A stretch of DNA of 64,000 bases from positions 5,394,001 through 5,458,000 of the forward strand of contig OX597817.1 of the NCBI GenBank assembly GCA_951406725.2. Reading direction: 5' to 3'. Below the pieces are notes generated by a model. The model was not told where the DNA came from, searched no databases, and saw only the letters and a list, made by a program, of their open reading frames with translations. The first letter of the stretch is position 1; each line of letters opens with the position of its first letter. The translations under genes were made by a program, and so were the position numbers. Below, piece after piece: positions 14,301 through 28,685 of the stretch. The stretch comes from Octopus vulgaris (taxonomy: Eukaryota).

Positions 14301-15217
14301 ATATTTACAAAACCTTACACTAGACTGAAGGATGACACTTACCAGAAAATTTACATACACCATTTGGTTTCGTTCAGAAACAAGGTTAAAAGATTTACAA
14401 CATCCTTATCCACCACGGTATGGAGCCTTAAGAAGGGGTGATAAGCCCCAGTTAAAGTGGAGTATTATAATTAAGGACAATAAATATAGAATACGCGGCT
14501 GCAAATGCGTCTGTGTATATATGTATATAAAAAGGTACTATCGGGCGCATTTTTTCTGATTGAAATACTAATACTTCATAAGCATTCGCAGTATTATAGA
14601 GGCAAGATATGCATGCTAACATATTCATGTCGTCAAACATTTCCGCAGTTTTATTAATGTTAAGTATTGGCGCATGTATTGAAAGCTATGTATACTTACC
14701 TTTACACAATTATAATGTATATTTACAATTATGATGTATATCTGTGATACAAAATAACAGTTAATTTTAAAACTGAATAAGTCTACGTCAAGATTCTATA
14801 AAAACGATGTTTACCGATATCTTTTGTAGTGTTTCTCTTCTTTGGATTAAAAGCTGCTTTTAAATTAATTTTACTTAAATTTATATCAGCCTACTCGTGT
14901 CGTCGAAAATTACGAGAGTTTTATCAATATAAGAAAATTTCAAACTTTCCTGATGATTTTGGAAAACACTGTTTCCACATTAATTTCTCATTAATTCATT
15001 TAATTCGACTTATAAAATTTAATGAAATTGAATTAAGTTTCACAATTATGTAATTATACTAATTATACGTTAAATGCCGTATATGTTAATGAAGCAGCTA
15101 TTGATCCTTACTAAAATGATGAACTTCTTATAAAATTTGTGCTTAGTTGTGTAATATATATATACATACATACATACATGCATATATATGCATATATATA
15201 TAAATACGCACACACAC

Positions 15218-15282
<65 letters not shown>

Positions 15283-15447
15283 GTGTGTGTGAGAGTGTGT
15301 GAAAGCATAGATTCATGCATAAGTACATTGATTCATATATAGAGAGAGAGATGAACAGATACACAGATATACAGACTGATTTATTGACAGATGCAAAGAC
15401 CCATACAAAATAGATATATAAATAAACAGACAGACAGACTGGTAGAA

Positions 15448-15490
<43 letters not shown>

Positions 15491-15810
15491 AAGGCTGGTA
15501 TGTAGGTAGGTATGTAGACAGGCGGACTGACTGGCCAACAGACAGGCAGAATGCGATTGTAAATCACAGTATAGCGGTGACACGAAGCCCGTATTCTGTA
15601 TAACAATACACCTAACTTGTAAACATGATTTATTCCACCAAAACCCTTCCCAGGTGTTCAGAAAGATATATCTTCTTTACATACATGTGTCTCCTTGATC
15701 GTTACTCTCAAAATCTACTACCATTGGCTCTGAAACACGCTTAGAAGCTAACAGTATGCATATACTCAATAACACGATCAAGACATAGATAGATAGTTAG
15801 ATAGATAGAT

Positions 15811-18800
15811 ATGTTTCTTTATTAGCCACACAGGGCTGCACACAGATAGAACAAATTACAAGGTAGAGCTTTTCTTTTGAAGGTTTAAAAAAAAAAAAAA
15901 AAAAAAAGGAAGGGGGAGTTTCGATCAAAAGGGATCGTAAAAGGAGAGAAAGAGGACAAAAAAAGGGGGCTTAAAAAAAGGTGGAGAGGGAAAAAAAAAA
16001 AAAATTGATCAATAGGGATCGTTATCACGGAAATGTCAATATGAAGTGTAAAGGGGAGGACAGGTGAGGTTTACCCGTGAAAAGAAAAGCCTACGGAAAA
16101 GACCACGGTAACCTCGGTCAATGGAGTCACATGTTATATTTCTTTTTTTTTTTTTTTGCGAATAAGCAACTCTCTGTTTTCAATTTCTGGGTTCATAGGA
16201 TCATGCTCAAGGTGGCTTCGTCATTCATACGTGCCATTCTTGCTGCATTCACCCATCTTTTTTTAAAACATTCGCTAGACAAAACTTGCCTCTCTACTCT
16301 CATTTTCCTTTTCAAGTGGTACTTGAAGAAGTTGATGAGAGATTGACCAGAGAGGAAAGTGTTTGTCTCCAATCCTTTCAGACGCGTCCACCAGATACAT
16401 TCTTTCGCCATAGCCACAAGGATGATGAAAATAGCTCTTCCTTCCCGTTTGAAGGAGGGAGGCGTGACAATATTGACGATAGACTCAGCTGATAAACCGA
16501 CTCGTCCCACACGTGACAGCAGTTGTTCGACACAAGCCCACAGGTCGGAAATTGATGGACACTGCACGAGTGCGTGCAGAACGGTTTCGTCGCTCTGACC
16601 GCATCTCGGGCAGGTCGGCCCCGTGTTTCTCGAGCCGTGTCTGTAGAGCTTATCCCGAACGGGTAGCGCTTCTCGGTAGCATTGCCAGGCCAGGGATCTC
16701 TGGAAGTTGTCCATGGGCCCTGGCCCGAAAGTCGTCCTGAACAGGCGGGTCAGGTACTCCTCGTCGACGTCCAGGTTCGCCCCGAGCTCGTCGTCGTACC
16801 TCCCCTCTACTAAACCCCTATAGAATGCTTTGGTTGTGTTGAAGTCACTCAAGGTCGACCCAGGACGGCAGAGTTGCTTGAGAGCAACGCGACACTCGCG
16901 GTGCCATTCGCCCTTCTTCGGCCTCTTTTTGATCCACGACTGCAGTTCGGTCATGGAGACGAGCTTCGGGAAAGCGTGCCTCACAAACGGCGACCACACC
17001 TGTTCACCGTCGTCTACATAGAGCCAGAGTTGTCGCAGTCTCAGCGCGTGTCTGCGCATCATCAACCACGGCATGCCCAGCCCTCCTTTTAACGGGTGTT
17101 GACAGCAAATGGATCGCCTGACCATCAGGACGCATCCTTTCCACAAGAAGCGAAAGAGAATGCGTTGTAGTTTGGTGATGGTAGGGTCGGGACAAGGTAC
17201 GACGGTCAGGCGGTAGTAGATGACGGACGCGATGTACGTGTTCGCCACCTCCGCCCGACCTTTTAGGGACAGTTGCCTCTCGGTCCATTGCCGGGCGAGA
17301 GTGACCACCCTACTCGTTATCTCGTTCCAGTTCTTCTCCACTTGGAGGTCCGGACCAAACCAGACCTCGAGCAACTCAACCGGGCCGTCGGTCCAGCGTC
17401 CCACGACGGAGGCGCTGGTGGACGGCATGGGCTTGCTTCTCCAGGTGCCTAGTCGCAAGCCCACTGACTTTTCCCGGTTGATTTTCGCTCCTGTCACCGC
17501 TTCGTAGTTTTTCAGTGTCTCGCCGACCTGCTCGATGTGCTCGTGGCTAGACACTATGACGGTGACGTCGTCCGCGTATGCAGACACGCTCGTCCCGCAT
17601 CCCAGTTCTCGCGGGATGCCTCTCAAGGTTGCCAGCTTCCGCAATAATGGCTCGAGAGTCAATACGTATAGAAGCGACGAGAGGGGGCATCCCTGACGGA
17701 CCGAACGTGCGATGTCGAAGGGTCTCGATAGATGTCCATTCACGCGAATTACCGAACGGATGCCTCTGTACAAAGCAGCTATCCAGCCGCGGAAGACGGG
17801 ACCGAAGCCAGCCGCTCCGAGGACCGCCTCCAAGTATCGATGGTCCACCCTATCGAAAGCTTTCGATTGATCCAAATTGATCAGCGCCCCACCCATGCCA
17901 GGTTCGTTAACTACCCTGTCTATGATGTAGCGCATCAGGTGGAGGTTGTCATGGATGGTCCGGCCTGGCACGGCGCATGTTTGCGCCCTGTCGACCAGTT
18001 TCTCGATGACAAGCGCCAACCTCTTGGCTAGCACCTTGGCCAAAATTTTCAAGTCTGCATTAAGCAGAGTGATGGGCCTAAAGTTATCTATTACATTTCC
18101 CTTGTTTAGATCTTTCTTCAGCAGTGTTACGGCTCCTCGGCTCACAAAACCAGGAATGCTCCCGTTTTGCTGCCAGTTGCAGTACACCGCCGCCAAGAGA
18201 TCTCCAAACAAGTCTGGCATACAATTGTAAAGCTCGTAGGGTAGACCATCCAAACCCGGTGATTTGTCCCCCGAGCATTCTGCCATCGCTTCCTGCACTT
18301 CCGCCGCCGTGATGGCACCTTCGCAGCACCCTGCCTTTCTTGTCGAGAGTCGTGGTAGGCTATGTAGGTAGGCACTGAAGTCCACCCTACGTTCTTGCCC
18401 TCCACTCGTTCCGAACAGTCGGGCAAAATGCTGCTGAAAGGCCTCACACATTTTACTTGGCTCGAGCAATTCGCGCCCCTGTTCATCTACCAGGGACCGA
18501 ATGGTGGCTTTGTTGCCCTGTTGCGCCTCTGCCACCCGGGCCTCTCTCGCGGCTCCAACACCTTCGTTCCTTAGAGCACGCATCCTAGCTCTGACAGCAC
18601 ATCCTTCGTGTTTGGCGTTGAAGTGTTGGTCGAGGGCCAACCTCGCCGCCAAAACGTCGGATGCGATGCCGCTTCTAATTGCCTCTTCTAGCTTCTTAAC
18701 TAGCTCACCCTCTACTCTATTTCTATCTATGGCTAGTGCTTTGCTGTACCTAATCGCTTCTGCTTTTACTGCTCTCTTGAGGGCAAACCACCATTTGTTG

Positions 18801-19143
18801 TTGATGATGGCTCCCGTCAAAGCCCTCTTTACTAGTGTGCTAATCCGGTCTCTGAAAACCTGTCTCGATGGGAAAGACGCCTTTAGTTTCCAGTATCCGG
18901 GACCCTGCCTAAGTGTCTTACCTAAGTCTAGCGTACATGTCACAAGTTTGTGATCCGTGTAGCTGACTATGTGGAATTGTGGACAGCCTATGCTATCTCT
19001 GTCTACTGTCCTACACAATATCCTATCTAGATACGATCTCGACGACCCGATGCGGTTGCTCCATGTCCACGTTGGCACATTCGGGTGGTCTAGTCGGAAC
19101 CTGTCAGACAGTTGAAAGCGTCTGAGCAGGTCTCTGAGGCATT

Positions 19144-19144
<1 letters not shown>
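15811..19144 (-). mobile_element. young 5'-truncated Tx1/L1-clade LINE embedded in (TATC)n
   Basis: uninterrupted ORF2, CpG-rich, 3' UTR 15811-16192 ending aataaaagaaacat+(ATCT)n; (GATA)n on both sides. Confidence 0.96.
16193..19144 (-). CDS. ORF2 (5'-truncated, ~983 aa): APE endonuclease C-terminus, reverse transcriptase, C-terminal zf-RVT
   Basis: TWTW..SYLDRI..TDHKLV (APE); KSPGLDGL, FRPITLLNADLKILAK, LDQSKAFDRV, SVRQGCPLS, YADDV (RT); CPRCGQSDETVLHALVQC; no native start codon. Confidence 0.95.

Positions 19145-19224
<80 letters not shown>
19145..19224 (+). repeat. (GATA)20 between two Tx1 copies
   Basis: directly visible. Confidence 0.98.
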
Positions 19225-19225
<1 letters not shown>

Positions 19226-19748
19226 TGTGTCTTTATTAGACACACAGGGCTGCACACAGATAGAACAAATTACAAGGTAGAGCTTTTCTTTTGGGGGTAA
19301 AAAAAAAAAAGAGAGTGGTGGTTTTCGATCAAAAGGGATCGTAAAAGGAAAGAAAAAGGACAAATAAAGGGAGGTGTTTTAAAAAAGGGGGGTGGGGAGA
19401 GAAAAAAAATGAATAATAGGGATCGTTATCACAGAAATGTCAATATGAAGTGTAAAGGGGAGGACAGGTGAGGTTTACCCGTGGAAAGAAAAGCCTACGG
19501 AAAAGACCACGGTAACCTCGGTCAATGAAGTCACATGTTATATTTGTTTTTGTTTTTTTTTGCAAATAACTCTGTATTAATTTTTATGGTTCATAGAATC
19601 ATAGTCAAGGTGGCTTCGTCATTCATACGTGCCATCCTTGCTACATTCACCCATCTTTTTTTAAAACATTCACTAGACAAAACTTGCCTCTCTACTCTCA
19701 CTTTCCTCTTCAAGTGATACTTGAAGAAGTTGATGAGAGATTGACCAG
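19225..19748 (-). mobile_element. second, ~520-bp 3' copy of the same Tx1 family
   Basis: matches 15811-16350 (GQSLINFFKYHLKRK..MNDEATLTMIL plus 3' UTR) with substitutions. Confidence 0.96.
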
Positions 19749-19929
<181 letters not shown>

Positions 19930-20143
19930 GCATTCACACACACATATATACATATACATACACACACATACAGACATATATAAATACGCACACACACTCA
20001 CATATATATAAATGTACATACTTATACATGAATATACATGCATATACAGACACTCGCTAGCATATATACATACACACACACATGTACATGCAAGCATCCA
20101 TCCATCAATCCATACATACATACCCATATATACACACACAGAC

Positions 20144-23100
20144 ATGTATGTATGTATGTATGTATGTATGTATGTATGTATGTATGTATGTATGTATGTA
20201 TGTATGTATGTATGTATGTATGTATGTACGTAGGTATGTATGTATGTATGTATGTATGTATGTATGTATGTATGTATGTATGTATGTATGTATGTATGTA
20301 TGTATGTATGTATGTATGTATGTATGTATGTATGTATGTACGTAGGTATGTATGTATGTATGTATGTATGTATGTATGTATGTGTGCGTGTGTGTATGTA
20401 TGTATGTATGTATGTATGTATGTATGTATGTATGTATGTATGTATGTATGTATGTATGTATGTATGTATGTATGTATGTATGTATGTATGTATGTATGTA
20501 TGTATGTATGTATGTATGTATGTATGTATGTATGTATGTATGTATGTATGTATGTATGTATGTGTGCGTGTGTATGTATGTATGTATGTATGTATGTATG
20601 TATGTATGTATGTATGTATGTATGTATGTATGTATGTATGTATGTATGTATGTATGTATGTATGTATGTATGTATGTATGTATGTATGTATGTATGTATG
20701 TATGTATGTATGTATGTATGTATGTATGTATGTATGTATGTATGTATGTATGTATGTATGTATGTATGTGTGCGTGTGTGTATGTATGTATGTATGTATG
20801 TATGTATGTATGTATGTATGTATGTATGTATGTATGTATGTATGTATGTATGTATGTATGTATGTATGTATGTATGTATGTATGTATGTATGTATGTATG
20901 TATGTATGTATGTATGTATGTATGTATGTATGTATGTATGTATGTATGTATGTATGTATGTATGTATGTATGTATGTATGTATGTATGTATGTATGTATG
21001 TACGTAGGTATGTATGTATGTATGTATGTATGTATGTATGTATGTATGTATGTATGTATGTATGTATGTATGTATGTATGTATGTATGTATGTATGTATG
21101 TACGTAGGTATGTATGTATGTATGTATGTATGTATGTATGTATGTGTGCGTGTGTGTATGTATGTATGTATGTATGTATGTATGTATGTATGTATGTATG
21201 TATGTATGTATGTATGTATGTATGTATGTATGTATGTATGTATGTATGTGTGTGTATGTATGTATGTATGTATGTATGTATGTATGTATGTATGTATGTA
21301 TGTATGTATGTATGTATGTATGTATGTATGTATGTATGTATGTATGTATGTATGTGTGCGTGTGTGTGTATGTATGTATGTATGTATGTATGTATGTATG
21401 TATGTATGTATGTATGTATGTATGTATGTATGTATGTATGTATGTATGTATGTATGTATGTATGTATGTATGTATGTATGTATGTGTGCGTGTGTGTATG
21501 TATGTATGTATGTATGTATGTATGTATGTATGTATGTATGTATGTATGTATGTATGTATGTGTGCGTGTGTGTATGTATGTATGTATGTATGTATGTATG
21601 TATGTATGTATGTATGTATGTATGTATGTATGTATGTATGTATGTATGTATGTATGTATGTATGTATGTATGTATGTATGGTATGTATGTATGTATGTAT
21701 GTATGTATGTATGTATGTATGTATGTATGTATGTATGTATGTATGTATGTATGTGTGTGTATGTATGTATGTATGTATGTATGTATGTATGTATGTATGT
21801 ATGTGTGTATGTATGTATGTATGTATGTATGTATGTATGTATGTATGTATGTATGTATGTATGTATGTGTGTATGTATGTATGTATGTATGTATGTATGT
21901 ATGTATGTATGTATGTATGTATGTATGTATGTATGTATGTATGTATGTATGTATGTGTGTATGTATGTATGTATGTATGTATGTATGTATGTATGTATGT
22001 ATGTATGTATGTGTGTATGTATGTATGTATGTATGTATGTGTGTATGTGTGTATGTATGTATGTGTGTATGTATGTATGTATGTATGTATGTATGTATGT
22101 ATGTATGTATGTATGTATGTATGTATGTATGTATGTATGTATGTATGTATGTATGTATGTATGTATGTGTGTATGTGTGTATGTATGTATGTATGTATGT
22201 ATGTATGTATGTATGTATGTATGTATGTATGTATGTATGTATGTATGTATGTATGTATGTATGTATGTATGTATGTATGTATGTATGTATGTATGTATGT
22301 ATGTATGTATGTATGTATGTATGTATGTATGTATGTATGTATGTATGTATGTATGTATGTATGTATGTATGTATGTATGTATGTATGTATGTATGTATGT
22401 ATGTATGTATGTATGTATGTATGTATGTATGTATGTATGTATGTATGTATGTATGTATGTATGTATGTATGTATGTATGTATGTATGTATGTATGTATGT
22501 ATGTATGTATGTATGTATGTATGTATGTATGTATGTATGTATGTATGTATGTATGTATGTATGTATGTATGTATGTATGTATGTATGTATGTATGTATGT
22601 ATGTATGTATGTATGTATGTATGTATGTATGTATGTATGTATGTATGTATGTATGTATGTATGTATGTATGTATGTATGTATGTATGTATGTATGTATGC
22701 ATGCATGTATGTATGTATGTATGTATGTATGTATGTATGTATGTATGTATGTATGTATGTATGTATGTATGTATGTATGTATGTATGTATGTATGTATGT
22801 ATGTATGTATGTATGTATGTATGTATGTATGTATGTATGTATGTATGTATGTATGTATGTATGTATGTATGTATGTATGTATGTATGTGTGTGTGTATGT
22901 ATGTGTGTGTGTATGTATGTATGTATGTATGTATGTATGTATGTATGTATGTATGTATGTATGTATGTATGTATGTATGTATGTATGTATGTATGTATGT
23001 ATGTATGTATGTATGTATGTATGTATGTATGTATGTATGTATGTATGTATGTATGTATGTATGTATGTATGTATGTATGTATGTATGTATGTATGTATGT

Positions 23101-23883
23101 ATGTATGTATGTGTATGTATGTATGTATGTATGTATGTATGTATGTATGTATGTATGTATGTATGTATGTATGTATGTATGTATGTATGCATGCATGTAT
23201 GTATGTATGTATGTATGTATGTATGTATGTATGTATGTATGTATGTATGTATGTATGTATGTATGTATGTATGTATGTATGTATGTATGTATGTATGTAT
23301 GTATGTATGTATGTATGTATGTATGTATGTATGTATGTATGTATGTATGTATGTATGTATGTATGTATGTATGTATGTATGTATGTATGTATGTATGTAT
23401 GTATGTATGTATGTATGTATGTATGTATGCGTGCGTGCGTGTATGTATGTATGTATGTATGTATGTATGTATGTATGTATGTATGTATGTATGTATGTAT
23501 GTATGTATGTATGTATGTATGTATGTATGTATGTATGTATGTATGTATGTATGTATGTATGTATGTATGTATGTATGTATGTATGTATGTGTGTATGTAT
23601 GTATGTATGTATGTATGTATGTATGTATGTATGTATGTATGTATGTATGTATGTATGTATGTATGTGTGCGTGTGTGTATGTATGTATGTATGTATGTAT
23701 GTATGTATGTATGTATGTACGTAGGTATGTATGTATGTATGTATGTATGTATGTATGTATGTGTGCGTGTGTGTATGTATGTATGTATGTATGTATGTAT
23801 GTATGTATGTATGTATGTATGTATGTATGTATGTATGTATGTATGTATGTATGTATGTATGTATGTATGTATGTATGTATGTA

Positions 23884-23914
<31 letters not shown>

Positions 23915-24343
23915 ATGTATGTATGTATGTATGTATGTATGTACGTAGGTATGTATGTATGTATGTATGTATGTATGTATGTATGTATGTGTGCGTGTGT
24001 GTATGTATGTATGTATGTATGTATGTATGTATGTATGTATGTATGTATGTATGTATGTATGTATGTATGTATGTATGTATGTATGTATGTATGTGTGCGT
24101 GTGTGTATGTATGTATGTATGTATGTATGTATGTATGTATGTATGTATGTATGTATGTATGTATGTATGTATGTATGTATGTATGTATGTATGTATGTAT
24201 GTATGTATGTATGTATGTGTGCGTGTGTGTATGTATGTATGTATGTATGTATGTATGTATGTATGTATGTATGTATGTATGTATGTATGTATGTATGTAT
24301 GTATGTATGTATGTATGTATGTATGTATGTATGTATGTATGTA

Positions 24344-24376
<33 letters not shown>

Positions 24377-26680
24377 ATGTATGTATGTATGTATGTATGT
24401 ATGTATGTATGTATGTATGTGTGCGTGTGTGTATGTATGTATGTATGTATGTATGTATGTATGTATGTATGTATGTATGTATGTATGTATGTATGTATGT
24501 ATGTATGTATGTATGTACGTAGGTATGTATGTATGTATGTATGTATGTATGTATGTATGTATGTATGTATGTATGTATGTATGTATGTATGTGTGTATGT
24601 ATGTATGTATGTATGTATGTATGTATGTATGTATGTATGTGTGTATGTATGTACGTATGTATGTATGTATGTATGTATGTATGTATGTATGTATGTATGT
24701 ATGTATGTATGTATGTATGTATGTATGTATGTATGTATGTATGTATGTATGTATGTATGTATGTATGTATGTATGTGTGTATGTATGTATGTATGTATGT
24801 ATGTATGTATGTATGTATGTATGTGTGTATGTATGTATGTATGTATGTATGTGTGTATGTGTGTATGTATGTATGTGTGTATGTATGTATGTATGTATGT
24901 ATGTATGTATGTATGTATGTATGTATGTATGTATGTATGTGTGTATGTGTGTATGTATGTATGTATGTATGTATGTATGTATGTATGTATGTATGTATGT
25001 ATGTATGTATGTATGTATGTATGTATGTATGTATGTATGTATGTATGTATGTATGTATGTATGTATGTATGTATGTATGTATGTATGTATGTATGTATGT
25101 ATGTATGTATGTATGTATGTATGTATGTATGTATGTATGTATGTGTGTGTGTATGTATGTATGTATGTATGTATGTATGTATGTATGTATGTATGTATGT
25201 ATGTATGTATGCATGCATGTATGTATGTATGTATGTATGTATGTATGTATGTATGTATGTATGTATGTATGTATGTATGTATGTATGTATGTATGTATGT
25301 ATGTATGTATGTATGTATGTATGTATGTATGTATGTATGTATGTATGTATGTATGTATGTATGTATGTATGTATGTATGTATGTATGTATGTATGTATGT
25401 ATGTATGTATGTATGTATGTATGTATGTATGTATGTATGTATGTATGTATGTATGTATGTATGTATGTATGTATGTATGTATGTATGTATGTATGTATGT
25501 ATGTATGTATGTATGTATGTATGTATGTATGTATGTATGTATGTATGTATGTATGTATGTATGTGTGTATGTATGTATGTGTGTATGTATGTATGTATGT
25601 ATGTATGTATGTATGTATGTATGTATGTATGTATGTATGTATGTATGTATGTATGTATGTATGTATGTATGTATGTATGTATGTATGTATGTATGTATGT
25701 ATGTATGTATGTGTGTATGTATGTATGTATGTATGTATGTATGTATGTATGTATGTATGTATGTATGTATGTATGTATGTATGTATGTATGTATGTATGT
25801 ATGTATGTATGTATGTATGTATGTATGTATGTATGTATGTATGTATGTATGTATGTATGTATGTATGTATGTATGTATGTATGTATGTATGTATGTATGT
25901 ATGTATGTATGTATGTATGTATGTATGTATGTATGTATGTATGTATGTATGTATGTATGTATGTATGTATGTATGTATGTATGTATGTATGTATGTATGT
26001 ATGTATGTATGTATGTATGTATGTATGTATGTATGTATGTATGTATGTATGTATGTATGTATGTATGTATGTATGTATGTATGTATGTATGTATGTATGT
26101 ATGTATGTATGTATGTATGTATGTATGTATGTATGTATGTATGTATGTATGTATGTATGTATGTATGTATGTATGTATGTATGTATGTATGTATGTATGT
26201 ATGTATGTATGTATGTATGTATGTATGTATGTATGTATGTATGTATGTATGTATGTATGTATGTATGTATGTATGTATGTATGTATGTATGTATGTATGT
26301 ATGTATGTATGTATGTATGTATGTATGTATGTATGTATGTATGTATGTATGTATGTATGTATGTATGTATGTATGTATGTATGTATGTATGTATGTGTAT
26401 GTATGTATGTATGTATGTATGTATGTATGTATGTATGTATGTATGTATGTATGTATGTATGTATGTATGTATGTATGTATGTATGTATGTATGTATGTAT
26501 GTATGTATGTATGTATGTATGTATGTATGTGTGTATGTATGTATGTATGTATGTATGTATGTATGTATGTATGTATGTATGTATGTATGTATGTATGTAT
26601 GTATGTATGTATGTATGTATGTATGTATGTATGTATGTATGTATGTATGTATGTATGTATGTATGTATGTATGTATGTAT
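20144..26680 (+). repeat. 6.5-kb (TATG)n array with recurrent variant units
   Basis: directly visible; variants tacgtagg, tgtgcgtgtg and gcatgcatg recur. Confidence 0.99.
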
Positions 26681-27254
26681 AGGCCCAGAGTGTGCTGGCC
26701 AAATATGACTCAGTAACTCATCCAAAATGAAAATTATTTAAAAAGGGAAGAAAAGATATCAACTAGATTATGGATGGGTGGTATCGTTCATAACTTCGCC
26801 CCAAGCATAGAAATCCATGGGATTACATTCGGAAGGAATTAGGAAGCCAGAAACTCGGGCTGGCGAAGAAATAGAAATGTTCCGTTAAACACTTGGTTGG
26901 CAGTTTCTCGTGTCTTTTGAACAACATAAGGCCGTGTTCAAAAGTATGGATTGATATGACGTCACCTTCGCAGGAGACATACCCAAAGATCATGACAGTT
27001 TGAGAGAAGTTGGTTTTCGTACGTGGGTCATCACACGGTTTGTAGGCAAACCATCTGTTCTATGTGTTGTCCAAATGGTCCCGACAGATGCTCTTTACAA
27101 CCACATTATCCTTGATTCAACAGTGTCCCTCAGCTTGTTCAAGAGCTTCTCTACCTTCATGAAGCAGTTCTCCTTGGCCTTGGCTTTCAGAATTTATTCA
27201 TTGCACCTCTTGTAGTGGTAGCAAAGGTCCTTTTCATGGTGACGTCTAAAATAC

Positions 27255-27340
<86 letters not shown>

Positions 27341-27720
27341 TGTCGGATCTTCTATCACCTTGTTGTTCTACAGTTGTCGGGTGAAATCCAGGGTACGGAC
27401 GTAGTCTGAACGCCTGCTGTGTCCCTTCCTGCTGGCTACTGCTTCGTACTTCCCCTTGCAGCTGTTCATGTTCACATCTTATAACTTCTGCAGCGTTCAC
27501 AGATCATTGAGCAGCTGTCATGATGCCGGTATTTTGATTGTCGGCACGAATCATCGTGGTAAAGTAACTCTGTTCCAGTATTCAGATGGCTTCAAGTCTT
27601 CCATGTAAACTAACTTTTTCTCAGTTACAATTTTAAAACGCCGTTGACTGTCCAGAAAAACATCAAGTTGTCCCTGAACAAGAGAGACACGAATTAATTG
27701 CCAAATTTATACCAAATACA
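26681..27720 (-). mobile_element. Tc1/mariner-superfamily (maT/DD37D-like) transposase remnant, interrupted by (CT)n at 27258-27337
   Basis: minus strand NRWFAYKPCDDPRTKTNFSQTVMIFGYVSCEGDVISIHTFEHGL and FWLPNS (cf. TKFP..VMV.GVVS.EGDVMPPH.F..GL and WPPNSPD). Confidence 0.8.
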
Positions 27721-27799
27721 TTGTACGTATATTTAATGTTTTTTTGGGGTTCTAATTAAATGTTATGTGCAGAACTTATAGCTGATTCCTAATAAAATG

Positions 27800-28179
27800 A
27801 CAAGGCTCATTTGTTTAAATCAAGACAACTTATGCAGTTTGCTGATGAGAGAATTGCTTACATGTATGTTTGAATATATGAGTGTTATCAAACTTTCATC
27901 CATGCCGTTTAATGAAACGGTTTGCATTGAGTATCCAGCCGTGTGTATATTCCATCTGTGCTTATAATCATGTGCATGTAATCAATCCAAGAAACCGAAA
28001 TGGACAATACTTAAGATGTTTGACAAATTTTCACTGTATCCCTGATCGATTGTGTTTGAAGGATGCGAATCAGTTTCCTGTGCACTTTCTTGGAGATTCC
28101 CAATATTTCTTGGTTTTTATGCAAATTTCTTCTTAGGCCCAGTGCACATCTAATTCGTACAAATGAAAACCTATTGCCT
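27800..28179 (-). mobile_element. RLE non-LTR family B 3' fragment (diverged)
   Basis: RFSFVRIRCALG..EILGISKK..RKLIRILQTQSIRDTVKICQT aligns with 28396-28668; (CATA)n on its 5' side. Confidence 0.7.
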
Positions 28180-28253
28180 GTATGTATGTATGTATATATG
28201 TATACACGCATGTATGTATGTATGTTTGTATGTATGTATGTATGTATGTATGT

Positions 28254-28685
28254 CATTATTCAGTTTTATTTCGAGATTTCTTGTCAATAGAGAGAGAAAC
28301 AGATTCTAACCTAGATCCAAGGCTCCTTCATTGGAATTTCAACATCAACAATAGTGTATTTCTGTATGTATATATGCAGATTTGCATGTTTTGCTTTATG
28401 TATGTATTCCCATGAATATAGCTGCATGTCTAGACAGCATGCTATTGAATACTTCAATGATAAACTTCTGGAAAGTTCTACAGATTTGTAACGTTCCACT
28501 GATGGCTTGGATCAATAGTCTTCGAATCATCCTTCTCTTTTCTGGTTTTGAGAAACCTAATAACTTAACATTGGTATTTAGGCAGTGTGTTACATCTTGC
28601 AGTGCCCCAATAATTACAGGTATAAACCAAAAGTTATAACCTGGATAGAGTATCTGTAGATTCCTCAATAGTTCAGCGTAGATGT
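28254..28685 (-). mobile_element. RLE non-LTR family B 3' fragment with 3' UTR
   Basis: YAELLRNLQILYPGYNFWFIPVIIGAL..LGFSKPEKRRMIRRLLIQAISGTLQICRTFQKF, typical of the R2/R4-group RLE C-terminus; (TATG)n at 28180-28253 and 28686-28852. Confidence 0.82.

Noticed and set aside
16286-18953. Many short ORFs overlapping the Tx1 ORF
   Set aside because: Antisense or alternate-frame by-products of a GC-rich coding region
19145-19363. N-terminal 73 aa of the 1056-aa ORF
   Set aside because: Read-through across (TATC)20 into the 3' UTR of the neighbouring Tx1 copy; not part of ORF2
27842-27930. CTGATGA..GAAAC hammerhead candidate (also CTGATGA at ~42044 and CTGAAGA at 43749)
   Set aside because: Could not build convincing stems II and III by eye
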